A program made the translations under genes and the position numbers. The notes beneath the pieces were generated by a model. The model was given only the letters and a program-made list of their open reading frames with translations. It did not search any database and had not been told where the DNA came from. From an uncultured delta proteobacterium (GTDB lineage: Bacteria > Desulfobacterota > Binatia > Binatales > Binataceae), in contig CAWEEQ010000004.1 of NCBI GenBank assembly GCA_963808235.1, positions 2,624,001 to 2,688,000 of the forward strand: a DNA stretch of 64,000 nucleotides. The letters run 5' to 3'. Of the stretch, positions 47,363-57,519 are shown one piece after another. Each line of letters starts with the position of its first letter. Position 1 is the first letter of the stretch.

Positions 47363-49576
47363 TCAGAAGCGATGGCCGTTTTGCTGGCCCAGGCGCGACA
47401 CTCTCATCACGCCGTCGATCGCGCCGATCGAGTTCATCAGGTTGTTCAACTGCCGCGCGCTGGTGACGCTGACTTCGAACACCGACAGCGCGCGTCCGTC
47501 CGCGCCTCGGGTCTTTACTTCCGCAGTCGAGATATTGACGCCAGCCGAAGCGATCGCCTTGGTCATCGCGGCGAGCAATCCCGGCTGATCGGCGCACAAG
47601 ACCTCGAGGCGGATCTGCCGTGGCGCTTCCTCCCCGTCTTTCCAAACCACCGGGACGCGTCGTTGCGGATCTGTATTGAGCGCATGCGGGCATCCCGCGA
47701 CATGGACCGTGACGCCGCGTCCGCGAGTAATGAACCCGGTGATCGCCTCACCCGGCAGCGGATTGCAGCATCGCGCGAATCGCACCAGCATGTCGCCGAC
47801 GCCGGACACAACCACCGCGCTGCTGGCCGACTTGCGCGCTTCCTTGGCGGCGCGCTCACGCTGCGCGGGCCCGAAAGCCGTGGGCGGCTTGTCCGGCCGG
47901 TAGATCTTTAATTCTTCCGGGGTCAGAACCTTCGCGAGCAATTGTGCCGGCGTGATTATTCCGTAGCCGATCGCGGCGAGCAGACTCTCGACGTCGCGCT
48001 GCGAAAATTCCGAAAGCACATTTTCGAGTCGTTTGCTCGATCGAAGCTGCCCAACGCTCAGCTTGAGCGGTTCCAGTTCTCGATCGACCAGAGATACCGC
48101 CAGATCGCGCGATCGTTCCGCCTGCTGATTGCGAAGCCACTGGCGGATGCGTGATTTTGCGCGCGCCGTGGCCGCAAAATTGGTCCAGTCCTTGCCCGGC
48201 ACCTGCTTTTCGGAAGTCAGCACTTCAACCGTGTCGCCCGAGCGAAGCCGGTAGCGCAGCGGAACCATCCGCCCGTTCACGCGCGCGCCGGCCAGATGGT
48301 TTCCAACTTCCGAGTGAATTCGATATGCGAAGTCGATCACCGTCGAGCCGAGTGGGAAATCGAAGACGTCGCCCTTGGGCGTGAAGACGAAAACTTCTTC
48401 GGGAAATAAATCGTCCTTGACTGTGGAGAGAAATTCCTGCGGGTCCTTGAGGTTCTGCTGCCACTCGATAAGCCTGCGCAGCCACGCGAACCGCTCCGTA
48501 TCCCTGAGTTCCTTGGAGTTGCCCTCCTTGTAACTCCAGTGCGCCGCGATTCCCTCTTCCGCCACCTTGTGCATTTCGCGGGTGCGGATTTGCACTTCCA
48601 TCCGCTGGCCGCGCGGCCCAATCACCGTGGTATGCAGCGACTGGTACATGTTGGCCTTGGGCAGCGCGATATAATCCTTGAAGCGCCCCGGCACCGGCTT
48701 CCAATTCGCATGCACTACGCCGAGCGCCTCGTAACATTCGCGGACCGTGTCGACGATGATACGGAACGCGACCAAGTCGTAGATTTCCTCGAAGCTGAGC
48801 CCCAGCTCCTGCATCTTGGTGTGGATCGAGTAGAAGTGTTTCGGACGGCCGGTGACTTCCGCCTTCACGCTGCTTTCGTCGAGGCGCCGGGAGAGAATCT
48901 CGATCACGCTCGCGATATATTCCTCGCGCTCCTTGCGTTTCTTCGCGACGAAAGCCTTGAGCGTGCCGTACGCGCTGGTGTTCAGATAGCGAAAAGAAAG
49001 ATCCTCGAGCTCGGACTTGAGCCAGTAGATGCCGAGGCGGTGGGCGATCGGCGCGTAGATTTCCATCGTCTCGCGCGCGATTTCCTGCTGCCGGTCCGCG
49101 TCCAGATGATCGAGAGTGCGCATGTTGTGCAGGCGATCGGCGAGCTTGATCAGCACCACCCGGATGTCATGCGCCATCGCGATGATCATCTTGCGGAAAT
49201 TCTCCGCCTGCTTTTCTTCGCGGCTCTGGAAAGTGATCTTCGAGACCTTGGTCACCCCGTCGACGAGTTGCGCAACCTCGGCGCCGAAGTCCGACTGCAC
49301 TTCGGCGAGCGACGCCTGGGTGTCTTCCACCACGTCGTGGAGCAGGCCGGTAACGATCGACGGTACGTCGAGTTTGAGCTGCGCGATGATCAGCGCGACG
49401 TTGAGCGGATGGATTACATACGGCTCGCCTGACTCGCGCTTCTGATCGACATGCATCCGCGCCGAATATTCGTAAGCGCGGCGAATAAGAGCGACGTCGG
49501 CCTGCGGGCTGTAACTCTGAACCCGCCCGATAAGGTCCGCGAGTTGATCGGGACTACTTTGAGCTAACTCTTCCAC
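47363..49576 (-). CDS. spoT: Bifunctional (p)ppGpp synthetase/hydrolase Rel/SpoT
   Basis: HDVVED (HD), synthetase, TGS, ARCCNP and ACT domains. Confidence 0.95.
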   Translation of the reverse strand: MEELAQSSPDQLADLIGRVQSYSPQADVALIRRAYEYSARMHVDQKRESGEPYVIHPLNVALIIAQLKLDVPSIVTGLLHDVVEDTQASLAEVQSDFGAEVAQLVDGVTKVSKITFQSREEKQAENFRKMIIAMAHDIRVVLIKLADRLHNMRTLDHLDADRQQEIARETMEIYAPIAHRLGIYWLKSELEDLSFRYLNTSAYGTLKAFVAKKRKEREEYIASVIEILSRRLDESSVKAEVTGRPKHFYSIHTKMQELGLSFEEIYDLVAFRIIVDTVRECYEALGVVHANWKPVPGRFKDYIALPKANMYQSLHTTVIGPRGQRMEVQIRTREMHKVAEEGIAAHWSYKEGNSKELRDTERFAWLRRLIEWQQNLKDPQEFLSTVKDDLFPEEVFVFTPKGDVFDFPLGSTVIDFAYRIHSEVGNHLAGARVNGRMVPLRYRLRSGDTVEVLTSEKQVPGKDWTNFAATARAKSRIRQWLRNQQAERSRDLAVSLVDRELEPLKLSVGQLRSSKRLENVLSEFSQRDVESLLAAIGYGIITPAQLLAKVLTPEELKIYRPDKPPTAFGPAQRERAAKEARKSASSAVVVSGVGDMLVRFARCCNPLPGEAITGFITRGRGVTVHVAGCPHALNTDPQRRVPVVWKDGEEAPRQIRLEVLCADQPGLLAAMTKAIASAGVNISTAEVKTRGADGRALSVFEVSVTSARQLNNLMNSIGAIDGVMRVSRLGQQNGHRF

Positions 49577-50193
49577 GGCGCGAAATCGGCCCGCAAGCGG
49601 CCGACCCTGAGCCTCTCCGCGTTCACGATCGCCTGCAGGCGCGCGATCGAATCATTCACTTTGGAGTTGATTATCAGGTAGTCGTATTCCGGAAATGCCT
49701 CCGCTTCGCTGCGCGCCTTCAGAAGGCGATGCTGGATCTTCGATTCTTCCTCAGTGCCGCGCTTACGTAGCCGCCCTTCCAGTTCGGCGAAGCTCGGGGG
49801 AAGAACAAAGACCGCGACGGAGTCGTCGGGATAGATCGCGCGAATCTGGCGAGCGCCCTGGATATCGATATCGAGCAGGATGTCGTGGCCGACCGCAACT
49901 GCGGCGTCGAGCGGAGCGCGCGGGGTGCCATACGAAGACTCAAACACACGCGCCCATTCCGCAAGTTCGCCGGAAGATTGCCTGCGTCTGAACTCGTCTT
50001 CACTCACAAAGCGATAATCGATTCCTTCTGCCTCTCCCTCTCGAGGCGTGCGAGTGGTCAGCGATACCGAGAACTCGAGGTCCGCAATTGCCTTGAGCGC
50101 CTCACGATAAATCGTAGTCTTGCCAGCACCCGAAGGCGCCGAAAGGATGAAGATTATACCGCGTCTCGGCGGCGGGGAGTCATCTGATCTCAA
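49564..50193 (-). CDS. gmk: Guanylate kinase
   Basis: APSGAGKTT, TTR.PR.GE..G.DY and DIDIQG motifs. Confidence 0.95.
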   Translation of the reverse strand: MRSDDSPPPRRGIIFILSAPSGAGKTTIYREALKAIADLEFSVSLTTRTPREGEAEGIDYRFVSEDEFRRRQSSGELAEWARVFESSYGTPRAPLDAAVAVGHDILLDIDIQGARQIRAIYPDDSVAVFVLPPSFAELEGRLRKRGTEEESKIQHRLLKARSEAEAFPEYDYLIINSKVNDSIARLQAIVNAERLRVGRLRADFAPWKS

Positions 50194-50240
50194 GAATATC
50201 TAACCCGTCCCATAGGTGCAAATGACGTTTAATACTATGC

Positions 50241-51116
50241 CTATTCGACGTTTTGCACCTGCTCCCGCATCTTTTCCGCTTCCGCCTTAACTTCAACCGT
50301 TACTTGAGAAAGTGCCGCGTTCTGCGACTTCGAGCCCATCGTGTTCACTTCGCGGTTAATTTCCTGGAGTAGAAACTCGATCGATTTCCCGACCTGCCCT
50401 TTGCGTTTCAACAGCGACTTGAGGCCCTCCAGATGGGTGCGAAGGCGCGTGATCTCCTCGCTGATATCGCCATGCTGCGAGGCCGATGACGCTTCCTCGT
50501 AGAGCTTCTTCTCGTTGACGGGCAGGTCCGCGAGCAGTTCGCGAACGCGTTTGTGAAAGTTCTCCATTATCTCGGCGCGGGACTGTTCGGCGAGCTGCTC
50601 GATCTTCGGCACCATGGTCTCGATACTACGCATCCGGGTCGCAAAGTCGTTGTGCAGGCTGCGGCCCTCACGCTGGCGCTCGGCGTCGAGCGCCTTCAGC
50701 GCGCGAGAGAGCGCTTTTTGGCCGAGCGCAAACGCCGCGCGCGAGTCATGTTCTTCCTCGATCACGTGGAAAATTTCGGGACGGCTCAATATCGAACCGA
50801 TTTCCGGATTGCCATTGAGATGGAGCTGCTTGCCGAGCCGGCGCAGTTCCGCGACGTAGAGGTTTGCGAGCCGATCGTTCACCTCCAGGCGCACCGGCGG
50901 CGGCTTTATCGCAACTGATTTGATAAACACCTCGACGCGGCCACGCGCGACTACGTTCTGCACGGATTTGCGGATCTCCGCTTCGTGCTCGCCCCATCCG
51001 CGCGGCACCGCGAGCTTGAGTTCGAAAAAGCGCTGATTGAGCGCGCGCACTTCGGCGGTCACGCGGGTGCCGTTATGCTCGGCAATCGCTCTGCCGAAGC
51101 CGGTCATGCTTTTCAT
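50241..51116 (-). CDS. YicC/YloC family endoribonuclease
   Basis: MKSMTGFG, DISEE and QEINREVNT...REQVQNVE motifs. Confidence 0.95.
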   Translation of the reverse strand: MKSMTGFGRAIAEHNGTRVTAEVRALNQRFFELKLAVPRGWGEHEAEIRKSVQNVVARGRVEVFIKSVAIKPPPVRLEVNDRLANLYVAELRRLGKQLHLNGNPEIGSILSRPEIFHVIEEEHDSRAAFALGQKALSRALKALDAERQREGRSLHNDFATRMRSIETMVPKIEQLAEQSRAEIMENFHKRVRELLADLPVNEKKLYEEASSASQHGDISEEITRLRTHLEGLKSLLKRKGQVGKSIEFLLQEINREVNTMGSKSQNAALSQVTVEVKAEAEKMREQVQNVE

Positions 51117-52288
51117 TGGTTCGAGTTCCTTACTCCCCGGGTTTTTTTGAGCGCCGCCCGATAGAGCTCAAGCGTCCGTTCAGCCATCGAGTCCATCGAG
51201 TATTTGTTTTCCGCATGCGCACGCGCCGCCGCACCCATGTTTGCTCGGAGCTCGGCGGATTTTGCCAGCCAGGAGATCGCAGATCCGATTTCATCTGCAC
51301 GACCGGGCGCGACCAATATCCCGGTGATGTCGTGCTCGACGACTTCGCGGAGTCCGCCGACAGCGCTCGCGATCGCGGGCAATCCGCTTGCCATGGCTTC
51401 CAGAGCCGCAACGCCGAGACCCTCATTCAGGGAAGGCATCGCGAATATGTCCGACGCCCACAGCAGTTCGCGCGGATGCTCGATTCGGCCAAGCATCGTA
51501 ACATGCTGGGCGCATCCAAGCTCAGCGATCTGGCGCACCAGATCCCGGCGAATCGATCCCTCGCCCGCGATGAAGCACCTGACCGGGAAGGCTGACTCCG
51601 CCAGAGTCGCGATCGCTTCGACCAGATAGCGATGACCCTTGCGAGCTTCGAGCGCGCCGACCGCGGTTATCGCAATCTCGTCTTCTCCTATTCCGAGTGC
51701 CGCTCGCGCGCCGGCGCGTTGATCGGCGGTCGGAGGATGGAAGCGCTCGCAATCGACTCCGCTTGGAACAACCGCGATGCGAGCGCGATCTACATTAGCC
51801 GCCGCCAGAGAATCGGCAACGCCGCCAGAAATCGCGACCACGCAATCGACCGCACGATTGAACAGGTACGGCGCGAAAATACGATTGGGCCGGTAGTCCA
51901 TGCGGCGCGTGACAAACAACGCCGGCGCAAACCCGCGCACCAGCGGCGCCATCGAATGCGCGCGTGAAGTGTGGAAGTGGACGATGTCGTAGTGCTCACG
52001 TTTGAGAATTCCGCGCAGCCGGATCGCGGCGGGAATGTCAACCGCGTTGCGGATTCGCAGAGGATGGCATCGGATACCGGCATTGGCTGCCCGCTCCCAG
52101 AGCCGGGCCGCCGGATCGCAAATCAGTTCAGCGCTGTGGCCGGCCGCGATCAGCGCAAGCGTCAGGCCCATAACCTGGGTCTCGCCACCGCCGAAGCCGA
52201 GTTCGGGATCGACGCCTGCGATGCGCAGCCGTGACATAGGGACAGTGTTCGGTTGCGGGGCCAGCGACTGGGCGGGTGCAGATTTCAT
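51113..52288 (-). CDS. Glycosyltransferase family 4
   Basis: GGGETQ, TRR, KGH and PSLNEGLG...EAMA motifs; start uncertain. Confidence 0.9.
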   Translation of the reverse strand: MKSAPAQSLAPQPNTVPMSRLRIAGVDPELGFGGGETQVMGLTLALIAAGHSAELICDPAARLWERAANAGIRCHPLRIRNAVDIPAAIRLRGILKREHYDIVHFHTSRAHSMAPLVRGFAPALFVTRRMDYRPNRIFAPYLFNRAVDCVVAISGGVADSLAAANVDRARIAVVPSGVDCERFHPPTADQRAGARAALGIGEDEIAITAVGALEARKGHRYLVEAIATLAESAFPVRCFIAGEGSIRRDLVRQIAELGCAQHVTMLGRIEHPRELLWASDIFAMPSLNEGLGVAALEAMASGLPAIASAVGGLREVVEHDITGILVAPGRADEIGSAISWLAKSAELRANMGAAARAHAENKYSMDSMAERTLELYRAALKKTRGVRNSNQ

Positions 52289-52305
52289 ATTATAGTTTGA
52301 TCGCA

Positions 52306-52995
52306 TCAGTCGAAGAATCGGTAATACAAAATTGCGCCCACCGCGCTCAGCGCATCGCGGAATCCGATCTTCTTGCCCTCCTCGTAGGTGCGTCCCGAGT
52401 ACGAGACCGGTACTTCATATATTCGCCATCGCGCGCGCGCCGCCTTGGCCGTTACCTCCGGCTCGAAGGTAAAGCGATTTGCGCTGAGCTTGAGGGTGAC
52501 GAGCTTCTCGCGCACGAAAGCTTTCATGCCGGTTTCCATGTCGGTCAGATTCAAGTCGCTGATCATGTCGGAGAGCAGGGTCACGCTGCGGTTGGCCACG
52601 TAATGCCAGAAGAACATCACACGATGAGGACCGGATAGGAAGCGCGAGCCATAAACCATATCGGCGCGGCCGTCGAGCAAAGGCGGAATCATCGCGGCGT
52701 AATCTTTTGGATCGTATTCGAGGTCGGCGTCCTGCACGAAGAGGTATGGATTTTTCGCGGCGGCAAAACCAAGCCTCAGCGCGGCGCCTTTGCCACGATT
52801 GACGGCGTGATAAAAGCACTGCACGCGTGGATGATTGAACTTTTGTAGAAATTCGCGAGTCCCGTCCGTGGAAGCATCGTCGACCACGATAACTTCAGCG
52901 TCGAATCCGCAGTCGAGTACGCGCTCGATCACGCGGCCGATGGTGTTGGCTTCGTTGTAGACCGGGATCACCACCGAAATCTTCGCCGGAGCCAT
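52306..52995 (-). CDS. Glycosyltransferase family 2 (DPM1-like polyprenyl-phosphate glycosyltransferase)
   Basis: IPVYNE, VDDASTDGT, QDADLEYDP and RTYEEGKKI motifs. Confidence 0.92.
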   Translation of the reverse strand: MAPAKISVVIPVYNEANTIGRVIERVLDCGFDAEVIVVDDASTDGTREFLQKFNHPRVQCFYHAVNRGKGAALRLGFAAAKNPYLFVQDADLEYDPKDYAAMIPPLLDGRADMVYGSRFLSGPHRVMFFWHYVANRSVTLLSDMISDLNLTDMETGMKAFVREKLVTLKLSANRFTFEPEVTAKAARARWRIYEVPVSYSGRTYEEGKKIGFRDALSAVGAILYYRFFD

Positions 52996-53862
52996 CAACC
53001 CTCCCTTGCCTCCCTGCGCTCGGGCCGAATCTCTTCCGCAGCTTGCGCGAGATCCCGGTCACGCGCAATTCGCGCCCGCAGCATCTGCGCAACGCGCCGG
53101 CGCGTCGTGCGCCGGCGCCGGGGCGGCATCGCCGCCGAATAACCGCACCACACCCGCATACGATCGGTATTGCTGATCGTCTTGAGGTCGAGATGGCCGA
53201 GTTGAACGAGATTGCGCATCCGCGGCCGCTCGAAGCGGCTAAGAATCGTGCGCCGGGTGCGATCGTGATCGATAAACACAAACTGCGGCGGATTCACGCC
53301 GGTGACGAAAATATTATACGGGGTGAGATCGCCATGGAGATAACCGGCGCGATGCAGCCGCGCGACCTCCCCGCCGAGTGCGCGCAGGATTCCGCGTTTT
53401 GCCGCAAGCGTCTCGCGCCGCAGGCGCAGGTGCCGCGGAATGTTCCAACCGTCGACGGCCGCGGTCGCCACGATCTCGCGGCCGCCGTGCTGTTCCGCAC
53501 CGAGCAGCAAAATTTCGGGAACGCCAATCCCGTCGCCGCGAAGATGCTCCGATATGCGCGCGACGTGCGCGACCCGCGAGCCCTTGAACATCCGCCGGAT
53601 CGAGAGCGGTCCGCGAGTCGCGTCAATCACCTTGAAGTAGACAAACGGGCCGCTGGCGCCGCCCAGACGCTCGCGCCAGGTCTCCGCGTGACGCGAGCGA
53701 CGCACGCATTTGGCCAGAGTCCCGTCGATGGCCGCGAACGCGGAATCGATCAGAACTTCGCGAAGTTCTTCGGAAAATCGCGCGTCGTAGTCAAGCAGGA
53801 ACAGAACCCATCCCCCCCGCCTGAGCGGTACGCCCTCGAACCCAGAACGTCCACCAGTTCAA
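52995..53862 (-). CDS. LPS kinase InaA/WaaP family; frameshift in a G7 tract at 53812-53818
   Basis: HGDLTPYNI and FIDHD motifs. TTG 53862 (SD, overlapping the upstream stop) joins the kinase frame if the G7 were G6. Confidence 0.78.
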
Positions 53863-54932
53863 TTCGACGCTCCGCGCAGATCGAGCGCGCGCCGTAAGGC
53901 CGCACTGACTTCGCCCGGGGATATTCGCCGCATGCATTCCCGCCCGATCGGGCATTGGCGAAGATAGCAGGGATGACATGGGATCTCGCCGCTGACGGCG
54001 AATTCGGCAAAGCCCCACGGCGCGGAACGTTCGGCCGCGGTCGCGCCCCAGAGCGACACGACGGGACATCCGACGGCCGCCGCGATATGCATCGGGCCTG
54101 AGTCGGGACCGAACGCCGCGGCGCATTCCTGGAAGACCGCGATCAGGTCGCGAAGCGAGGTGCGGCCGGCAAGATTCAGCGCCGGCGTATCGCCAAGATG
54201 ACGCATCACGTCGCCGGCGAGCCCGGTCTCATCGGGACCGCCGAGCAAAACTGGAAACAGTGCTGGAGAATTTGTGCCGGCGCGCACCAGTTCGGTGATT
54301 ACCGCTGCGGTCGATTCGGGGAAGTAGATGCGGCTCGGCCACGACGAACCGAGAATGACGGCGAGTCGCGGCCGCGGCGCATCGGTGAGGATTGCACGCG
54401 CACGATCGCGTTCCTGATCAGACGCGGTCAGTCCAAATTCAATGGGCGCCGGTGGAATTTCGAGCGCGTCGCCGAACGCCTGGTACTGAAGCAGCTTCAG
54501 TCGCATGTTGGGCTGTGGCGCAATGTGATGATTGGAAAAGAGATGGTTGAACTCCTTGGTGTTCACCGCGGAGAAACCAAATCGATCGCAAGCGCCAGAG
54601 ACTCTCGACGCGAGCCCGCTCTTTAGATGGCGCTGAAGGTCGAGGACCAGGTCGAAGCCTCCGCCGCGAATCCGGTTCAGGAAGGGAAGAAAGGTCCACG
54701 GCGCGTGAGCGCGATCGTACATGATCACCTGGTCGAGCCAGGGATGATTCTCGAGCAGTGGAGCCGATTTCGGTTCGACAGCCCACCCGATATGCGCGTC
54801 CGGCCACGCGTGGCGGATGCGTCCGAGCAACGGAAGTGCGCGAACAACGTCGCCAATGGCGCCGAGCAGCACGATCAGCACGCGGCGCGGGCGCGTCATA
54901 ATTTGCGGAGCGATGGCTTCGGCAGCGGACAT
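53859..54932 (-). CDS. Glycosyltransferase family 9 (heptosyltransferase)
   Basis: GAIGDV, DLQ, DSGPMHIAAA and CHPC...C...C motifs. Confidence 0.92.
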   Translation of the reverse strand: MSAAEAIAPQIMTRPRRVLIVLLGAIGDVVRALPLLGRIRHAWPDAHIGWAVEPKSAPLLENHPWLDQVIMYDRAHAPWTFLPFLNRIRGGGFDLVLDLQRHLKSGLASRVSGACDRFGFSAVNTKEFNHLFSNHHIAPQPNMRLKLLQYQAFGDALEIPPAPIEFGLTASDQERDRARAILTDAPRPRLAVILGSSWPSRIYFPESTAAVITELVRAGTNSPALFPVLLGGPDETGLAGDVMRHLGDTPALNLAGRTSLRDLIAVFQECAAAFGPDSGPMHIAAAVGCPVVSLWGATAAERSAPWGFAEFAVSGEIPCHPCYLRQCPIGRECMRRISPGEVSAALRRALDLRGASN

Positions 54933-55092
54933 CCGTAGAGGTGCTCGAGTCTCAGTTCGACTCCGACCGGTCGATCATAACGACCAAGGCGAGCCGGGCA
55001 AAGAGCGGGCGGGTAACCGTTAAGCCCGCAATTGTTCGGAGACGCGCCATCTGCGTATAAGAGGCGCTGGGGGTTGGCGGAGGAGATTCCAC

Positions 55093-57498
55093 TTGACGAC
55101 GGGACTGCGCGATCCGGGCGATCTGACCGGACCGGTAACTTTTCTTTTGTTGTGTCTCATTGCGCTGGTTGTGATCCGCGGCAGCGAGGCGCCATCTATC
55201 GGCGTGACGGAACCGCCCGCGTCGGAATTCTCGCCGGCGCGCGCGATGCGCGACGTGCGGGCAATCGCGGTGCGGCCTCATCCAGTCTCATCCACCGAGC
55301 ACGAACGGGTACTCGAATATATCGTCGGGCGGCTGCAGGAACTCGGCGCGAATCCTGAAGTTCAGACTGCGACCGTCGCGCGGCACATTCCGTTCGGGCC
55401 CGATACGTGGGCCGTGGTGCGCAATATCGTAGGACGGGTCCCGGGCCTGGCAACAGATCCCGCGAAAAAATCTACCGGCGCGGTGATGCTGGTCGCGCAC
55501 TATGACTCTGTGCCAAGCGGGCCGGGCGCGGGCGACGATGCCGCGTCGGTCGCGGCAATCCTGGAGACGATTCGCGCGCTGAAAGCCGGCCGCGCGCTGC
55601 GCAACGATCTCATCGTGCTGTTCACCGATGGCGAGGAACTCGGCTTACTGGGCGCCAAGGCTTTCGTCGAAACGTACCCGACTCTGCGCGAGGTCAAGGT
55701 CGTGCTGAACTTCGAGTTTCGCGGCGACGAAGGGCCGTCGATGATGTTCCAGACCAGTGAGCGCAATCAATGGCTGGTCGATCAGTTCGCAGCCGCGGCG
55801 CCATTTCCGCGCGCGACCTCGGCGGCGGTATCGGTGTATCGGAGAATGCCGAGCGACACGGACCTTACTGTTTTTCTTGCGACCGGAGTCGACGGTATGG
55901 ATTTCGCGCCATCGGGCGGGATTACCCGTTATCACACGGAACTCGACAACGCCGACCAGCTCGACCCGCGCTCGCTTCAGCATCAGGGAATGTACGCGCT
56001 GTCGATGGCGCGGCAGTTTGGATCGATAGCGTTGAGCGATCCTCGATTCGACGACCAGGTCTTTTTTGTCGCCGGCGGCATCCTGATGCATTACACGAAG
56101 CATTTCGCGCTACCGCTTGCCTTGCTGGTGGCGATGCTGGTTGCCGGCGGATTGGGAATCGGAATTTACGACGGACGATTTAACGCCGGAGGTATCGCCG
56201 CGGGAGCTGCGATCTATGCCCTTGCGCTCGTTGTCGCGGTGTTGGAGGCACGCGGCACGTGGGGACTAATGTCCGAGCTGGCGGGCTACCAGATGCTGCC
56301 GTGTGGAACGACCTACGGCGGCGGGTGCTACTCGGTCGCGGCGCTCGCAATCATTTTCTGCACATTGTGGACGACATACGTTTTGATGAGCCGGAGGATT
56401 CGCGCGCAAAACCTCGGTGCGGGTGCGCTGATTGTCTGGACGGTGCTTATGCTCGCCGTCAGCGTCGGATTTCCCGGCGGCAGCTATATGTTCACCTGGC
56501 CGCTGTTGTTTGCGACGCTCGCAATCAGTTATCGCTCGGGCGCGACACTGGAACGCGCATCGATTCGGCCCGCGATTCTTGCGCTCGTCGGGTTGGTGCC
56601 GGGCACCGCGATGATAGCGCCGGCCTTCGTCGCTTCGCCGGATGGAACGCTGCTCTTCCTCGTACTATCGGGACTGACAGCCGCACTTCTGTTTGGCCTA
56701 TTGATCCCTTACATGGACTGGCTGACGAGCGGCTGGCGATGGTTCGTGCCGTCGGTGTCGGGATTTCTCGCGCTTGTCATGATCATCGAGGGTCTCGGGG
56801 CGAGCAGGTTCGACGCGACCCGGCCGCATCCGGACAGTATCTTTTATGTTCTCGACACGGATCGCGGACGAGCGACGTGGGCGAGCCTGGATTCGCAGCC
56901 CGACGTTTTCACCGCGCAATTTTTCCATCGTCACGTGCGCGCGGGATGGCTCGCGCGGCTGACAGGGCTGGCGACAATCGACGCGGCGAACGATACGCTC
57001 AAACGAATTCCGGTCTTGCGCAATTTCGCTTATCTCAATCATGGGCGAACGATCGAAGGCGACGCGCCGGCGATCAAGGCGGCTGCGCCGGAAATCAAGG
57101 TACTCGATGACGCGAGCAAAGACGGCGCGCGCGCGGTTAGGATTCATATCGCGTCGGAGCGCAACGCGCCGATCGTGTGGATGTCGGTGCCGTTCGGCGT
57201 GACGGTTCTGGGCAGTTCGATCGACGGCAAATCGGCGGGCGACCGAATCACCAACGGATGGACCGGGTGGTATTGGAACGCGCCGCCAACTGGTTTCGAC
57301 CTTGAGCTCAAGCTCGCGGCGCAGGGGCCATTCGCGCTGACCGTGATCGATCAGACTGCGGAATTACCGGAGACGCCTGGGTTTTCGTTCGAGCCTCGCG
57401 GAACGGCCATGATGCCGACGCCGTTTCTCTTTTTCGACTCGGCAACCCTTGTCACAAGGACGATCGCAATCGGCGGCGAGGCGTTAACGACGCGGTGA
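55093..57498 (+). CDS. M28 family metallopeptidase with multi-TM C-terminal region
   Basis: AHYDS, GAGDD, DGEE.GL.GA, N.E.RG and YHT..D motifs. Confidence 0.9.
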   Translation: MTTGLRDPGDLTGPVTFLLLCLIALVVIRGSEAPSIGVTEPPASEFSPARAMRDVRAIAVRPHPVSSTEHERVLEYIVGRLQELGANPEVQTATVARHIPFGPDTWAVVRNIVGRVPGLATDPAKKSTGAVMLVAHYDSVPSGPGAGDDAASVAAILETIRALKAGRALRNDLIVLFTDGEELGLLGAKAFVETYPTLREVKVVLNFEFRGDEGPSMMFQTSERNQWLVDQFAAAAPFPRATSAAVSVYRRMPSDTDLTVFLATGVDGMDFAPSGGITRYHTELDNADQLDPRSLQHQGMYALSMARQFGSIALSDPRFDDQVFFVAGGILMHYTKHFALPLALLVAMLVAGGLGIGIYDGRFNAGGIAAGAAIYALALVVAVLEARGTWGLMSELAGYQMLPCGTTYGGGCYSVAALAIIFCTLWTTYVLMSRRIRAQNLGAGALIVWTVLMLAVSVGFPGGSYMFTWPLLFATLAISYRSGATLERASIRPAILALVGLVPGTAMIAPAFVASPDGTLLFLVLSGLTAALLFGLLIPYMDWLTSGWRWFVPSVSGFLALVMIIEGLGASRFDATRPHPDSIFYVLDTDRGRATWASLDSQPDVFTAQFFHRHVRAGWLARLTGLATIDAANDTLKRIPVLRNFAYLNHGRTIEGDAPAIKAAAPEIKVLDDASKDGARAVRIHIASERNAPIVWMSVPFGVTVLGSSIDGKSAGDRITNGWTGWYWNAPPTGFDLELKLAAQGPFALTVIDQTAELPETPGFSFEPRGTAMMPTPFLFFDSATLVTRTIAIGGEALTTR

Positions 57499-57519
57499 GC
57501 AAAGCGCGATGCAGACCGA

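Noticed and set aside
47363-51116. Absence of rpoZ between gmk and spoT
   Set aside because: Common lineage variation, not informative.
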